The position numbers were made by a program, and so were the translations under genes. Under the pieces are notes generated by a model. That model was not told where the DNA came from. It searched no databases and saw only the letters and a program-made list of their open reading frames with translations. DNA of 64,000 nucleotides from assembly GCA_003208875.1 (NCBI GenBank), contig QCUR01000005.1:84434-148433 (forward strand), read 5' to 3'. The first letter of the stretch is position 1; every line of letters begins with the position of its first letter. Shown here piece after piece: positions 11,630 through 21,338 of the stretch. The stretch is from Prochlorococcus sp. AG-679-M23. GTDB taxonomy: Bacteria > Cyanobacteriota > Cyanobacteriia > PCC-6307 > Cyanobiaceae.

Positions 11630-11660
11630 ATGTTAGAATTAACCAAACTACTACAAAATA

Positions 11661-11939
11661 ATGTTATCTGAGATTTTTGCGGTTTTAGGACAAACTTTAT
11701 CAATTTATTCATTTATTTTGATTATTAGGATTTTACTTACATGGTTTCCTGGAATAGATTGGAGCAATGGAATATTATCAGCATTAACGTCAATAACAGA
11801 TCCATATTTAAATATATTTAGAGGAATAATCCCTCCAATTGGTGGATTTGATATTTCATCATTGTTAGCTTTTCTACTACTTAATGTTATCCAAAACCTA
11901 ATTACTAATCTTCAATATGCCAGCCTAGGTTATGGTTAA
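11661..11939 (+). CDS. YggT/Ycf19 membrane protein
   Basis: RILLTWFP...ITDPYLNIFRGIIPPIGGFDIS. Confidence 0.9.
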   Translation: MLSEIFAVLGQTLSIYSFILIIRILLTWFPGIDWSNGILSALTSITDPYLNIFRGIIPPIGGFDISSLLAFLLLNVIQNLITNLQYASLGYG

Positions 11940-11941
11940 TT

Positions 11942-12271
11942 TTAACGATCATCTCCTGAACCAGAAATTTTACCCTTAGCTGCTCTTAATTTCAATTTAT
12001 CTAAATTTTGTAAAGCAACTTCCTCCAATTTGAAATCAAATTCGTTGCAAAGATTAGATAAATACCATAAAACATCACCTAATTCTTTTTTAATCCCTTT
12101 TTTAGATTCATCATCAAATATCCCTTTTTTATCTCTAATTACTTTTTTAACTTTTTCTGCAACTTCACCAGCTTCGCCAACCAATCCTAGTGTTGGATAT
12201 ATATTGTTTGAGCCTAAATTTGGATATTGGGCTGTCAAGCGAGCTTGCTTCTGATAAGTTTTAAAATCCAT
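11942..12271 (-). CDS. MazG-like nucleotide pyrophosphohydrolase
   Basis: GLVGEAGEVAEKVKK...ELGDVLWY. Confidence 0.9.
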   Translation of the reverse strand: MDFKTYQKQARLTAQYPNLGSNNIYPTLGLVGEAGEVAEKVKKVIRDKKGIFDDESKKGIKKELGDVLWYLSNLCNEFDFKLEEVALQNLDKLKLRAAKGKISGSGDDR

Positions 12272-12332
12272 AGATCAAATAACTAACTTTATGTATGTTA
12301 AATTTACTTATATCTAGCAATATTATTTATAT

Positions 12333-14123
12333 ATGTCGAATATTGATTTAAAAAGAAGAACAAAGATTGTAGCAACAATTGGTCCGGCCACCCAATCTGA
12401 AGAAATTATTACTGATCTTATAAAAGCTGGAGTTACAACATTTCGATTAAATTTTTCTCATGGCGATCATAAAGATCATGCAGAAAGAATTAAAACCATA
12501 AGAAAAGTTTCGAAAAAGCTTGATCTAGATATCGGAATACTCCAAGATCTACAGGGTCCTAAAATAAGATTAGGAAGATTTAAAGATGGTCCTGTAAAAG
12601 TAAAAAAAGGAGATAAATTCTCATTGACTTCTAATGAAGTTGATTGTACAAAAAGTATTGCTAATGTCACGTATAACAAACTTGCTCATGAAGTAACTTC
12701 AGGTAAAAGAATATTGTTAGATGATGGAAAAATTGAAATGATTGTTGAGAAGGTTGACATAGGAAATAACTTGTTAGATTGTAAAGTAACTGTTGGAGGA
12801 GTTCTCTCTAACAACAAAGGTGTAAATTTTCCAGATGTACAATTATCTGTTAAGGCATTAACAGATAAAGATATAGAGGATCTTGAATTTGGATTAAGTG
12901 CTGGTGTTGATTGGATAGCTCTGAGCTTTGTAAGAAATCCATCAGATATTAATGAAATAAAAAATATAATAAATAAAAATGGACATTCAATTCCTGTCGT
13001 AGCAAAAATTGAAAAATTTGAAGCAATTGATCAAATAGATTCAATATTACCTTTGTGTGATGGGGTTATGGTTGCTCGAGGAGACTTAGGAGTAGAAATG
13101 CCAGCAGAAGAAGTCCCTCTTTTACAAAAAGAATTAATAAGGAAAGCCAATACTTTAGGGATCCCCATTATTACGGCCACACAAATGCTTGACTCCATGG
13201 CGTCAAATCCTAGACCAACTCGCGCTGAAGTAAGTGATGTGGCAAATGCAATTCTTGATGGTACAGATGCCGTGATGCTTTCAAATGAAACAGCTGTGGG
13301 TGATTATCCAGTAGAGGCTGTAGAAACCATGGCGACAATTGCGAGAAGAATTGAACGTGATTATCCACTAAAAGCAATTGAGAGTCACCTCCCTAGTACT
13401 ATTCCAAATGCAATAAGTGCTGCGGTCAGCAATATTGCAAGACAACTTGATGCTGGGGCAATAATCCCTTTAACTAAATCCGGTTCAACAGCACGTAATG
13501 TAAGTAAATTCAGACCTCCTACTCCTATTCTTGCCACCACGACAGAGAGAAGTGTTGCGAGAAGATTGCAATTAGTATGGGGTGTCACTCCATTATTAGT
13601 CAAAAATGACGATAGAACTGCAAAAACATTCAGTATAGCAATGCAAATAGCACAAGAAATAGGTATTCTGAAGCAAGGAGACTTGGTAGTTCAGACTGCC
13701 GGGACCCTAACAGGTATAAGTGGTTCTACTGATCTAATAAAAGTTGGCTTAGTAAGAAAAGTTGTAACTAGAGGAATATCAATAGGGGAGGTTGGTGTTA
13801 CTGGTAAAGCAAGAAATATAAAGACTAATATTGATTTATCATTAATTTCTCAAGGTGAAATTTTATTTGTACCAAAAAACATTTTAATGGATTTACCTTA
13901 CACTAAGAAAATCACTGGAATAGTTACGGATGAAAATGTAGATGAATGCTATAAAATATTTAAAAAACATAATGTTAAAGTATCCACTATTTGTAATTTA
14001 TCTACTATTGACAACCTTGCATCAAACGGTGATTTAATAACTTTGCAACTCAATGAAGGAGTTGTTTATATGGGGCAAATAGAAGACGATGAGGATGCAC
14101 TAGATAAATATAAGTATGTCTAG
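12333..14123 (+). CDS. pyk: Pyruvate kinase with C-terminal extension
   Basis: TKIVATIGPA, RLNFSHG, MVARGDLGVE, ATQMLDSM. Confidence 0.98.
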   Translation: MSNIDLKRRTKIVATIGPATQSEEIITDLIKAGVTTFRLNFSHGDHKDHAERIKTIRKVSKKLDLDIGILQDLQGPKIRLGRFKDGPVKVKKGDKFSLTSNEVDCTKSIANVTYNKLAHEVTSGKRILLDDGKIEMIVEKVDIGNNLLDCKVTVGGVLSNNKGVNFPDVQLSVKALTDKDIEDLEFGLSAGVDWIALSFVRNPSDINEIKNIINKNGHSIPVVAKIEKFEAIDQIDSILPLCDGVMVARGDLGVEMPAEEVPLLQKELIRKANTLGIPIITATQMLDSMASNPRPTRAEVSDVANAILDGTDAVMLSNETAVGDYPVEAVETMATIARRIERDYPLKAIESHLPSTIPNAISAAVSNIARQLDAGAIIPLTKSGSTARNVSKFRPPTPILATTTERSVARRLQLVWGVTPLLVKNDDRTAKTFSIAMQIAQEIGILKQGDLVVQTAGTLTGISGSTDLIKVGLVRKVVTRGISIGEVGVTGKARNIKTNIDLSLISQGEILFVPKNILMDLPYTKKITGIVTDENVDECYKIFKKHNVKVSTICNLSTIDNLASNGDLITLQLNEGVVYMGQIEDDEDALDKYKYV

Positions 14124-15345
14124 GAATATATCTCTTAAAGAAGCCTTTAATATGGCTGGTAAGACTTTAGTTTCAAACAAATTAAGAAGTTCTCTTACTA
14201 TGCTTGGAATTATTATAGGTAATGCATCAGTAATAACACTTGTAGGATTAGGGAGAGGAGCTCAAACTCTTGCCAAAAATCAATTAAGTAATTTAGGAGC
14301 AAATGTTTTATTTATTGTTCCAGGCAATAACGATACTAGAAGAAGAGGTATATCGTTTCCTAAAAATCTTGTTTTAGAAGATTCAATTGCAATTAGCAAT
14401 CAAGTTCCGAGTGTTAAAAAAGTTGCACCACAAATCTCTGCTAATGAAATTGTTCAATCAAATTCAAAAAGCTTAAATATTTCCATTGCTGGGGTTACTC
14501 CTGAATTTCTTGACGTAAGAAGTTTTGAGGTAGATGAAGGAAGATTCATCTCCCAAACTGACGTAAATTCAGCTAGAAGTTTTGTTGTAATTGGACCTGA
14601 TCTAAAAGAAGACTTTTTTAAGAGTAACGCTGCAATTGGAGAAAAAATTAGAATTAGAGATCACAACTATGAAATAATTGGAATTTTAAAACCTAAAGGG
14701 GCTGTTTTTGGAAGTAATCAAGATAAAAATGCATATATACCTCTTACTACAATGGTTAATAGAATAAGTGGAAAAGATCCTACCTATGGAGTTAGTTTAA
14801 GTTTTATAAGTGTAGAAGCTATTAATAAAAACCAAACTAGTGCTGCAAAGTTCCAAATTACAAATTTATTGCGTCAAAGACATAACATTTTAAGAGACGA
14901 TGATTTTGCAGTTAGATCCCAAGAAGATGCATTAAATATCGTTACCAATATTACAAGTGGTCTTACATTTTTATTGGCAGGTATAGGTGCAGTCTCTCTT
15001 ATTGTTGGAGGAATAGGAATAATGAATATTATGCTTGTTTCTGTTAGTGAAAGAACAGAGGAAATTGGACTCAGGAAAGCAATAGGAGCAAAACAATCCG
15101 ATATTCTTATACAATTTTTATTTGAAGCTTTAATTTTATCAACTATTGGAGGTTTGGTTGGAACAACAACAGGTTTGACAGGTGTATTTCTTCTAGGAGT
15201 AATAACTCCGTTGCCAGCTTCAGTTGGAATAACAACAACGTTGTCAACAATGATTATTTCAGGTTCAATAGGATTAATCTTTGGAGTTTTACCAGCAAAA
15301 AGAGCCTCACAATTAGATCCAATTGTTGCTCTAAGAAGTTTGTAA
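14116..15345 (+). CDS. ABC transporter permease, MacB/FtsX family
   Basis: RSSLTMLGIIIG, GGIGIMNIMLVSVSERTEEIGLRKAIGA. Confidence 0.9.
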   Translation: MSRNISLKEAFNMAGKTLVSNKLRSSLTMLGIIIGNASVITLVGLGRGAQTLAKNQLSNLGANVLFIVPGNNDTRRRGISFPKNLVLEDSIAISNQVPSVKKVAPQISANEIVQSNSKSLNISIAGVTPEFLDVRSFEVDEGRFISQTDVNSARSFVVIGPDLKEDFFKSNAAIGEKIRIRDHNYEIIGILKPKGAVFGSNQDKNAYIPLTTMVNRISGKDPTYGVSLSFISVEAINKNQTSAAKFQITNLLRQRHNILRDDDFAVRSQEDALNIVTNITSGLTFLLAGIGAVSLIVGGIGIMNIMLVSVSERTEEIGLRKAIGAKQSDILIQFLFEALILSTIGGLVGTTTGLTGVFLLGVITPLPASVGITTTLSTMIISGSIGLIFGVLPAKRASQLDPIVALRSL

Positions 15346-15359
15346 ATCCTTATTAGTAA

Positions 15360-15932
15360 ATGCTAAATGTAAGTAAACTTGTTGAGGTACTTATAAGTCT
15401 CCAAATAATTATAATTTCTTCATTTATTCCTGTATTTTTCTCTATACCTTTTACTAATAAACTTATTGGGACATTTGAAATGCCTATTACATGGCAATTA
15501 CCTTCAATCGTAATAATTACCTTAATATTTAACGGTAAAATAGTAATAAAAGCATTTAGTATCTATTTAATAATTGGTTTGTTTTTTATTCCAGTATTTG
15601 ACCAGGGAGGTTCATTAGGATATTTATTAACTCCAAATTTTGGTTACTTATTAGGAATGTATCCATTAATCAAAATAATAGATAATTTAAATAAAAGAAA
15701 TCAATTGATTAAATATTATGACCTTTTAAAATACGGAATATTAGGAATATGTAGTATGCATCTTATAGGTATAATTTATAACTGCATTCTAGTTTTATAT
15801 TTTAAACAATCGGAAGTACTCTTATATAATATTTCAAAATATTCATTAGGAAAATTTGGTTATCATTTATTAATGCTCACACCTATTACTGTACTTTTTA
15901 AAATCTTCAGAAAGAACAGATATCAAAGATGA
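15360..15932 (+). CDS. bioY: Biotin transporter BioY
   Basis: PITWQ, YLIIGLFFIPVF..GG, PNFGYLLG; multiple hydrophobic segments. Confidence 0.8.
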   Translation: MLNVSKLVEVLISLQIIIISSFIPVFFSIPFTNKLIGTFEMPITWQLPSIVIITLIFNGKIVIKAFSIYLIIGLFFIPVFDQGGSLGYLLTPNFGYLLGMYPLIKIIDNLNKRNQLIKYYDLLKYGILGICSMHLIGIIYNCILVLYFKQSEVLLYNISKYSLGKFGYHLLMLTPITVLFKIFRKNRYQR

Positions 15933-16393
15933 TGTTAAATATAAAAAACAATAGATTTCATTATATTTTATTATCTATTTTAATTATTTTATCTGATCAA
16001 TTTACTAAACATATTATCGATATAAATCATACATCATATATAAATAAAGATCTTTTATTTTTTAGTATTGATTACGTGAAAAATTATGGAGCAGCATTTA
16101 ACATTTTAAATGGTAGTAGAATTTTTTTATCTACAATAAGTACAACAATAACGTTGTTTTTAATATATTTTATTTTATATAAAAAAAATTTAAGTAATTT
16201 AGATTTATTTAGTTATAGCTTTATTTTGGCAGGTACGATAGGAAACGGAATTGATAGAATTACAAAGGGTTATGTTATAGATTTTATTAATTTAAACTTT
16301 ATAGATTTCCCAGTATTTAATATTGCTGATATATCTATAAATATTGGTCTTATTTTTATTATATATGGACTTATTAAAAATAAAAGACAATAA
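15929..16393 (+). CDS. lspA: Lipoprotein signal peptidase
   Basis: DQFTK, NYGAAF, GNGIDR, FNIAD. Confidence 0.95.
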   Translation: MMLNIKNNRFHYILLSILIILSDQFTKHIIDINHTSYINKDLLFFSIDYVKNYGAAFNILNGSRIFLSTISTTITLFLIYFILYKKNLSNLDLFSYSFILAGTIGNGIDRITKGYVIDFINLNFIDFPVFNIADISINIGLIFIIYGLIKNKRQ

Positions 16394-17895
16394 TGTACCA
16401 TTTTCTTTTTAAGAACTATAAATATTTCTTTATTCTATTATTTCTTTATTTTTTATTGACGATATTTAGAAATATTTTAAATTTTTATTCTATTTTTATC
16501 ATCGTTATTATATTATTAATTTTTTATTCTAAAAACAAAAGATTATTCAAAAAGATTGCTTATAAAATAATTTTTAAGCAACCGAATAGTTTTTCTTTTA
16601 GAAATAAATATGGAGCTGCAAAAAATAGTCTTGAAGCAATAGATGAAATTAATAAAAAAATATCCGATAAAATATATGGAGATTTATTGAAATATGAAAA
16701 AATAAAGCTTGAGAAACAGTTCAAGTATGGTGACTATAACGTAATATTATTTGGTGCCGGATCCTCTGGAAAAACTTCAATAGCAAGAGCACTATTGAAA
16801 AATTTAATTGGAAAGATTTCCCCAACAATTGGTACTACAAAAGATATTACAAGTTATAAAATCAGAATTCCAATCTTAAAAAGAAATATAAATATAATTG
16901 ATACGCCTGGGTTATTTGAAGCTTCTAAAGAAGGGCAAAAAAGGGAGGATTCTACAATAATGGAGGCATCAAAATCAGATCTAATTCTTTTTGTAATTGA
17001 TCAAGATATCAATAAATATGAACACTATCTAATTAGAGAATTACTAAATTTGAAGAAGAAAATAATTATTGTTTTAAATAAATGCGACTTAAGATCAGAA
17101 AAACAAAATAATATTATTAGAGAAAACATTATCTCAATTACATCAACAAAACATATTAAACTATCAGTTATAAAAACTATTGCCTCATCAAAAGTCTTCT
17201 CAAACAATTTAGTAGACTCATTAAAAATAACTCCTGATGTAAGTAATCTATTTAAAGAGATAATAGAAACACTTGATGCTAATGGAGAAGAATTACTAGC
17301 TGATAATATTCTTTTTAGATGTAATAAATTAGGCCTAATAAGCAAAAATGTAATATCGGAGCAAAGAAATTCAAGTGCTAATAAAATAATAAATAAATAT
17401 ACTTTGATTACCGGAGGAGTAATACTGGTAAATCCTTTGCCGGTTGTAGATTTTATAACAACAACATCTGTAAATGTTCAAATGATTCTTGAAATTTCGA
17501 AAATTTATGATTTCAAGATAACAAAAATGGAAGCAGTTGAATTATCAAAATCGTTATTAACAACTCTAGCGAAACTTGGCATTTTGAAAGGTGGACTTAG
17601 TGTTATTACAAACGCATTAGCTTCAAATTTTACAACAATATTTATTTCAAAATCATTACAATCCATAACCGCATGTTGGTTAATAAAAATAGTAGGTTTA
17701 TCAATAAAAAAATATTTTAATAATGGGAAAAATTGGGGAGATGGTGGGATTCAAGAAGTAATTGAGGATATTTACAAATTAAATAAAAGGGAAGATATCC
17801 TAAATAATTTCATTAGAGAAGCAATAAATAATATAAGAATTAACGAGGATTCAAAATCTCAAAGAAAATTGCCGCCATATTTGCAGAGTGACTAG
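16393..17895 (+). CDS. Membrane-anchored GTPase with DUF697/YcjF-like C-terminus
   Basis: GAGSSGKTS, DTPG, NKCD; two N-terminal hydrophobic segments; NPLPVVD. Confidence 0.8.
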   Translation: MYHFLFKNYKYFFILLFLYFLLTIFRNILNFYSIFIIVIILLIFYSKNKRLFKKIAYKIIFKQPNSFSFRNKYGAAKNSLEAIDEINKKISDKIYGDLLKYEKIKLEKQFKYGDYNVILFGAGSSGKTSIARALLKNLIGKISPTIGTTKDITSYKIRIPILKRNINIIDTPGLFEASKEGQKREDSTIMEASKSDLILFVIDQDINKYEHYLIRELLNLKKKIIIVLNKCDLRSEKQNNIIRENIISITSTKHIKLSVIKTIASSKVFSNNLVDSLKITPDVSNLFKEIIETLDANGEELLADNILFRCNKLGLISKNVISEQRNSSANKIINKYTLITGGVILVNPLPVVDFITTTSVNVQMILEISKIYDFKITKMEAVELSKSLLTTLAKLGILKGGLSVITNALASNFTTIFISKSLQSITACWLIKIVGLSIKKYFNNGKNWGDGGIQEVIEDIYKLNKREDILNNFIREAINNIRINEDSKSQRKLPPYLQSD

Positions 17896-18019
17896 TTATT
17901 TGATTGTTTAAAAAAGATCTAAAGTCAAAAACAGTAATTAATAGTAAATATAAAATACAAATTAATATAGAAATAAAACCAGTTATAATTGCTATTAATT
18001 TTGATCTACTAATTTTCAT
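17840..18019 (-). CDS. Small single-TM protein, 59 aa (not in ORF track)
   Basis: Manual translation MKISRSKLIAIITGFISILICILYLLLITVFDFRSFLNNQ...; starts 5 nt after the decarboxylase stop. Confidence 0.65.
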   Translation of the reverse strand: MKISRSKLIAIITGFISILICILYLLLITVFDFRSFLNNQITSHSANMAAIFFEILNPR

Positions 18020-18024
18020 AAGAA

Positions 18025-19407
18025 TTAATTTAGTAATTTCAAAAGATCATTAATGTGAGATTCACTTGTATTGTAATTCCCAAAAACTGCTCTTAAGTAA
18101 TATCTATTTTTAAATAGAGGCCTAGAAATCATAAAGTTCTTTTTAAGAAGATTTATTCTTTTATTTAAAGTCCAAGAATCTGATTCGTTTTTATTCATAC
18201 CCTTTGGTAAAAATGAAATTATATGCAAAGGACCAGAATATAAATCATATTTGTATGTATCTAAATTATTTTCGAAGAATATTCTTCTCTTAATAGATGA
18301 ATTTAAGACATCCTCTATTCCTCGCATTCCCAGAAATCGCAACCCTAACCATAGTTTGATTATTTCTGCGGGTCTAGAACCTTGTATTCCTAGTTCACCT
18401 CTGTTAAAGAAATTGTTTTCATTAGAAACGTAAGGTAACCCTGTAGAAAATGTATTTTTAAGAATTTCAATATTTGAAACTATTAAAAGGGAGGAAGTTT
18501 TTGTAATTCCAAGTATTTTTTGTGGATTAATAGTTATTGAATTCGCGAGATGAACATTAGTAATTCCATTGATCGGTAAATTTGTAATTGAAAAAATGCC
18601 TCCTATGGATCCGTCAATGTGTAGCCAAATATTTCTTTCATTACATAATTTACTGATTTCATCAATTGGGTCTATTGCTCCACGAACTGTTGTACCAAGA
18701 GTGGCAATAATAGCAAATATTCTTTTACCTTCAATAGAACATTTATCAACAGTCTTTTTAAGCTCAATCATATCCATACATCCATCTTTATCTGTTTTGA
18801 CCTTAATTAAATTATTTTTTTCAAGACCCATAATTCTAGTACATTTTTCAAATGATGAATGAGCATCTTCGCTAATCAAATAAACGGCCTTTGGATCAGT
18901 TTCAAGTCCGGCAAAGTTTCTTGCTGTAACCAACGCATTTAAATTACTTAAAGTCCCGCCACTTGCTGCAACGCCACCTGCTAAATCCGAAAAACCTAGT
19001 TTTATTGAAAACCACTTGCAAATTGATTCCTCAAGAAGAGAAATACTTGGTGATAATTCATGTGCGAGAAGATTATTGTTTAAGCCAGCAGCAATTAAAT
19101 CCCCCAAAATAGAAATGATTAATGGTGGAGGGTCTAGATGAGCAAGGGAACCTGGATGTACTGGATTAAAAGAACTATAAATAAGACTTTCAATCTCAGA
19201 GAATAAAACATCAAAAGGCTTTCCCTGTTCTCCTGGAACTGAACATTCAAAGTTACTATCGATGGGTATAGGACCTAATTTATCTGAATCTGAAAACCAT
19301 TTGCATATGATTTCAGAAGTTCGGTTGAGAAGTATAAGCAAACATTCGTTACTTCCAGAAGATGTCGGAAATAGATTGTTTTGATTATTAATTGAATCAG
19401 AAGTCAT
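18025..19407 (-). CDS. Group II PLP-dependent decarboxylase
   Basis: SGGTLSNL, AHSS, GTT..GAIDP, WLHIDGSIGG, NPQK. Confidence 0.88.
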   Translation of the reverse strand: MTSDSINNQNNLFPTSSGSNECLLILLNRTSEIICKWFSDSDKLGPIPIDSNFECSVPGEQGKPFDVLFSEIESLIYSSFNPVHPGSLAHLDPPPLIISILGDLIAAGLNNNLLAHELSPSISLLEESICKWFSIKLGFSDLAGGVAASGGTLSNLNALVTARNFAGLETDPKAVYLISEDAHSSFEKCTRIMGLEKNNLIKVKTDKDGCMDMIELKKTVDKCSIEGKRIFAIIATLGTTVRGAIDPIDEISKLCNERNIWLHIDGSIGGIFSITNLPINGITNVHLANSITINPQKILGITKTSSLLIVSNIEILKNTFSTGLPYVSNENNFFNRGELGIQGSRPAEIIKLWLGLRFLGMRGIEDVLNSSIKRRIFFENNLDTYKYDLYSGPLHIISFLPKGMNKNESDSWTLNKRINLLKKNFMISRPLFKNRYYLRAVFGNYNTSESHINDLLKLLN

Positions 19408-19440
19408 TCTTTAAAATAATTATTAATTAGGTTATTTATA

Positions 19441-19965
19441 ATGTTTATAAAAAACGTAATTGATAAAATGAACCAAAAAACTATAAATCGGTATAGAAAA
19501 ATTGAGCATTTAGATTATCTTAAATGGATGAAATTCATTTTACGAAGATCAGAGGAAGTAGGTAAGGTTGAATTACCAATTACAGCAGTAATAATAGATG
19601 AGAATGGAAGATGTATTGGTAGAGGAAGTAATAAAAGAGAAATTAACAATGACCCTTTAGGACATGCAGAATTAATAGCTCTTAGACAAGCTTCATGGAT
19701 TAAAAATGATTGGCGATTTAATGAATGCAGCATAATTGTTAATTTAGAGCCTTGTACAATGTGTGCTGCGGCATTAGTTCAAGCAAGAATGGGTCTAGTT
19801 ATATATGGTACAGAAGATGATAAAAGAGGCGGATTCGGAGGCACGATTGATTTATCTAAGCATGAAAGCGCACATCATAAAATGAAAGTAGTAGGAGGAG
19901 TTTTAAATAAGGATTGTAAAAATAAAATTAAGTTATGGTTTAAAAAGATGAGGAATCAAAAATAG
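19441..19965 (+). CDS. tadA: tRNA adenosine deaminase (start may be 19468)
   Basis: HAE and LEPCTMC zinc motifs. Confidence 0.85.
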   Translation: MFIKNVIDKMNQKTINRYRKIEHLDYLKWMKFILRRSEEVGKVELPITAVIIDENGRCIGRGSNKREINNDPLGHAELIALRQASWIKNDWRFNECSIIVNLEPCTMCAAALVQARMGLVIYGTEDDKRGGFGGTIDLSKHESAHHKMKVVGGVLNKDCKNKIKLWFKKMRNQK

Positions 19966-21124
19966 AAAACTTCTTTAATTCTGTATCAAATAAATTTAAT
20001 AATCGATCGACATTCTCTTCACTAGAATTAAAACCCATTAATCCAATACGCCAAACCTTACCAGACAATGCACCTAGCCCGTTTCCTATTTCAATACCAA
20101 AATTTTTTAAAAGATGATTTCTAAATGCGTCTCCATCTACTGCGGGAGGAATTTTCACTGTTGTCAGAGTAGGTAACCTAAATTCACTGGAAACATGTAG
20201 CTCCATTCCTAAACTTTCTAATCCCTTCCATAATTTGATTGCATTAGTATTGTGTCTCATCCAAATATTTTCCAAGCCTTCATTAGCGATTAAGCGCAAA
20301 CCCTCTCTTATTGCAAAATTCATATTCACTGGAGCAGTATGATGGTAAACACGATCAGATCCCCAATATCTATTCAATAAGGATAAATCTAAGTACCAAT
20401 TTGGAACTTTAGAAGTTCTTGCACTAAGTTTATCTTCTGCACGTTTGTTCATTGTGAAAGGACTAAGTCCAGGGGGGCAACTTAGACCTTTTTGGCTACA
20501 ACTATATGCAAGATCAATTTTCCAATCATCAATAAACAGTTCTAGAGCACCTAATGATGTGACAGCATCAACTAAAAACAAACAATTATTCTTTCTGCAT
20601 AAATCACCTATCCCTTCAAGAGGTTGTAATACCCCAGTAGATGTCTCAGCGTGGACAATAGCAAATATTACAGGTTTTTTAGTTTCTATTTCATATTTTA
20701 TTTCTTCAAAAGTAAACGCTTCACCCCATGCTTTTTCAATTACTGAAACGTCTGCTTTATACCTCGATGCCATATCAACCAAACGATCTCCAAAGTATCC
20801 TTTTTTTGCTATTAGAATTTTTTCTCCAGGCTCTATAAAATTAGCAATAGATGCTTCCATAGCTGCGCTACCTGTACCACTCATGGGTAGGGTTATTCGA
20901 TTATTACACTGCCATGTATATCTAAGTAATTTTTGTACGTCGGACATTAACTCTATATATGCCTCATCTAAATGACCTATTGGATTAAGTGCTAAAGCCT
21001 TAAGGACTTCGGGATGAGCATTAGAAGGACCAGGCCCTAATAAAAGTCTTGAAGGAACATAAGTTTTATCGAGGTGAGGTAGATTCTCTTCATTTAAAAT
21101 TGAAATGAGTTTTGTTTCAGTCAA
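19940..21124 (-). CDS. Serine-pyruvate/alanine-glyoxylate aminotransferase (class V)
   Basis: LLGPGPSN, VHAETSTG, SQKGLSCPPG, RIGLMG; TTG start. Confidence 0.93.
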   Translation of the reverse strand: MTETKLISILNEENLPHLDKTYVPSRLLLGPGPSNAHPEVLKALALNPIGHLDEAYIELMSDVQKLLRYTWQCNNRITLPMSGTGSAAMEASIANFIEPGEKILIAKKGYFGDRLVDMASRYKADVSVIEKAWGEAFTFEEIKYEIETKKPVIFAIVHAETSTGVLQPLEGIGDLCRKNNCLFLVDAVTSLGALELFIDDWKIDLAYSCSQKGLSCPPGLSPFTMNKRAEDKLSARTSKVPNWYLDLSLLNRYWGSDRVYHHTAPVNMNFAIREGLRLIANEGLENIWMRHNTNAIKLWKGLESLGMELHVSSEFRLPTLTTVKIPPAVDGDAFRNHLLKNFGIEIGNGLGALSGKVWRIGLMGFNSSEENVDRLLNLFDTELKKFSIFDSSSF

Positions 21125-21274
21125 AACCTTTTAAAGTATTACTTTTAAATTAAACTAATTTCTCTACTAAAGCGAAGAATGTTTAAAGAAATTCATCCAA
21201 TTTAAATATTTTAGTTAACAATTAGTAAACATTTAACTTGAAATACTCAAAGAACTCAGCAAGTGTTGAAAAAA

Positions 21275-21316
21275 GTTACCTTTGATACATAATTAGATTC
21301 ATCAAGTTATTAATTT
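21275..21316 (+). promoter_or_regulatory. NtcA-type promoter of glnA
   Basis: GTT-ACCTTTGA-TAC at 21275-21288, a 22-nt spacer, then TAATTT (TAN3T) at 21311-21316. Confidence 0.8.
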
Positions 21317-21338
21317 TATTGGAGGTATAAATAACGAA

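Noticed and set aside
11942..12271. MazG-like gene as a phage or defence marker
   Set aside because: Stand-alone among housekeeping genes with no phage or toxin neighbours
12293..12307. GTA...TAC upstream of pyk as an NtcA site
   Set aside because: Spacer is 9 nt, not 8
20445..20975. 176-aa plus-strand ORF
   Set aside because: Antisense shadow of the aminotransferase, with no recognisable motifs
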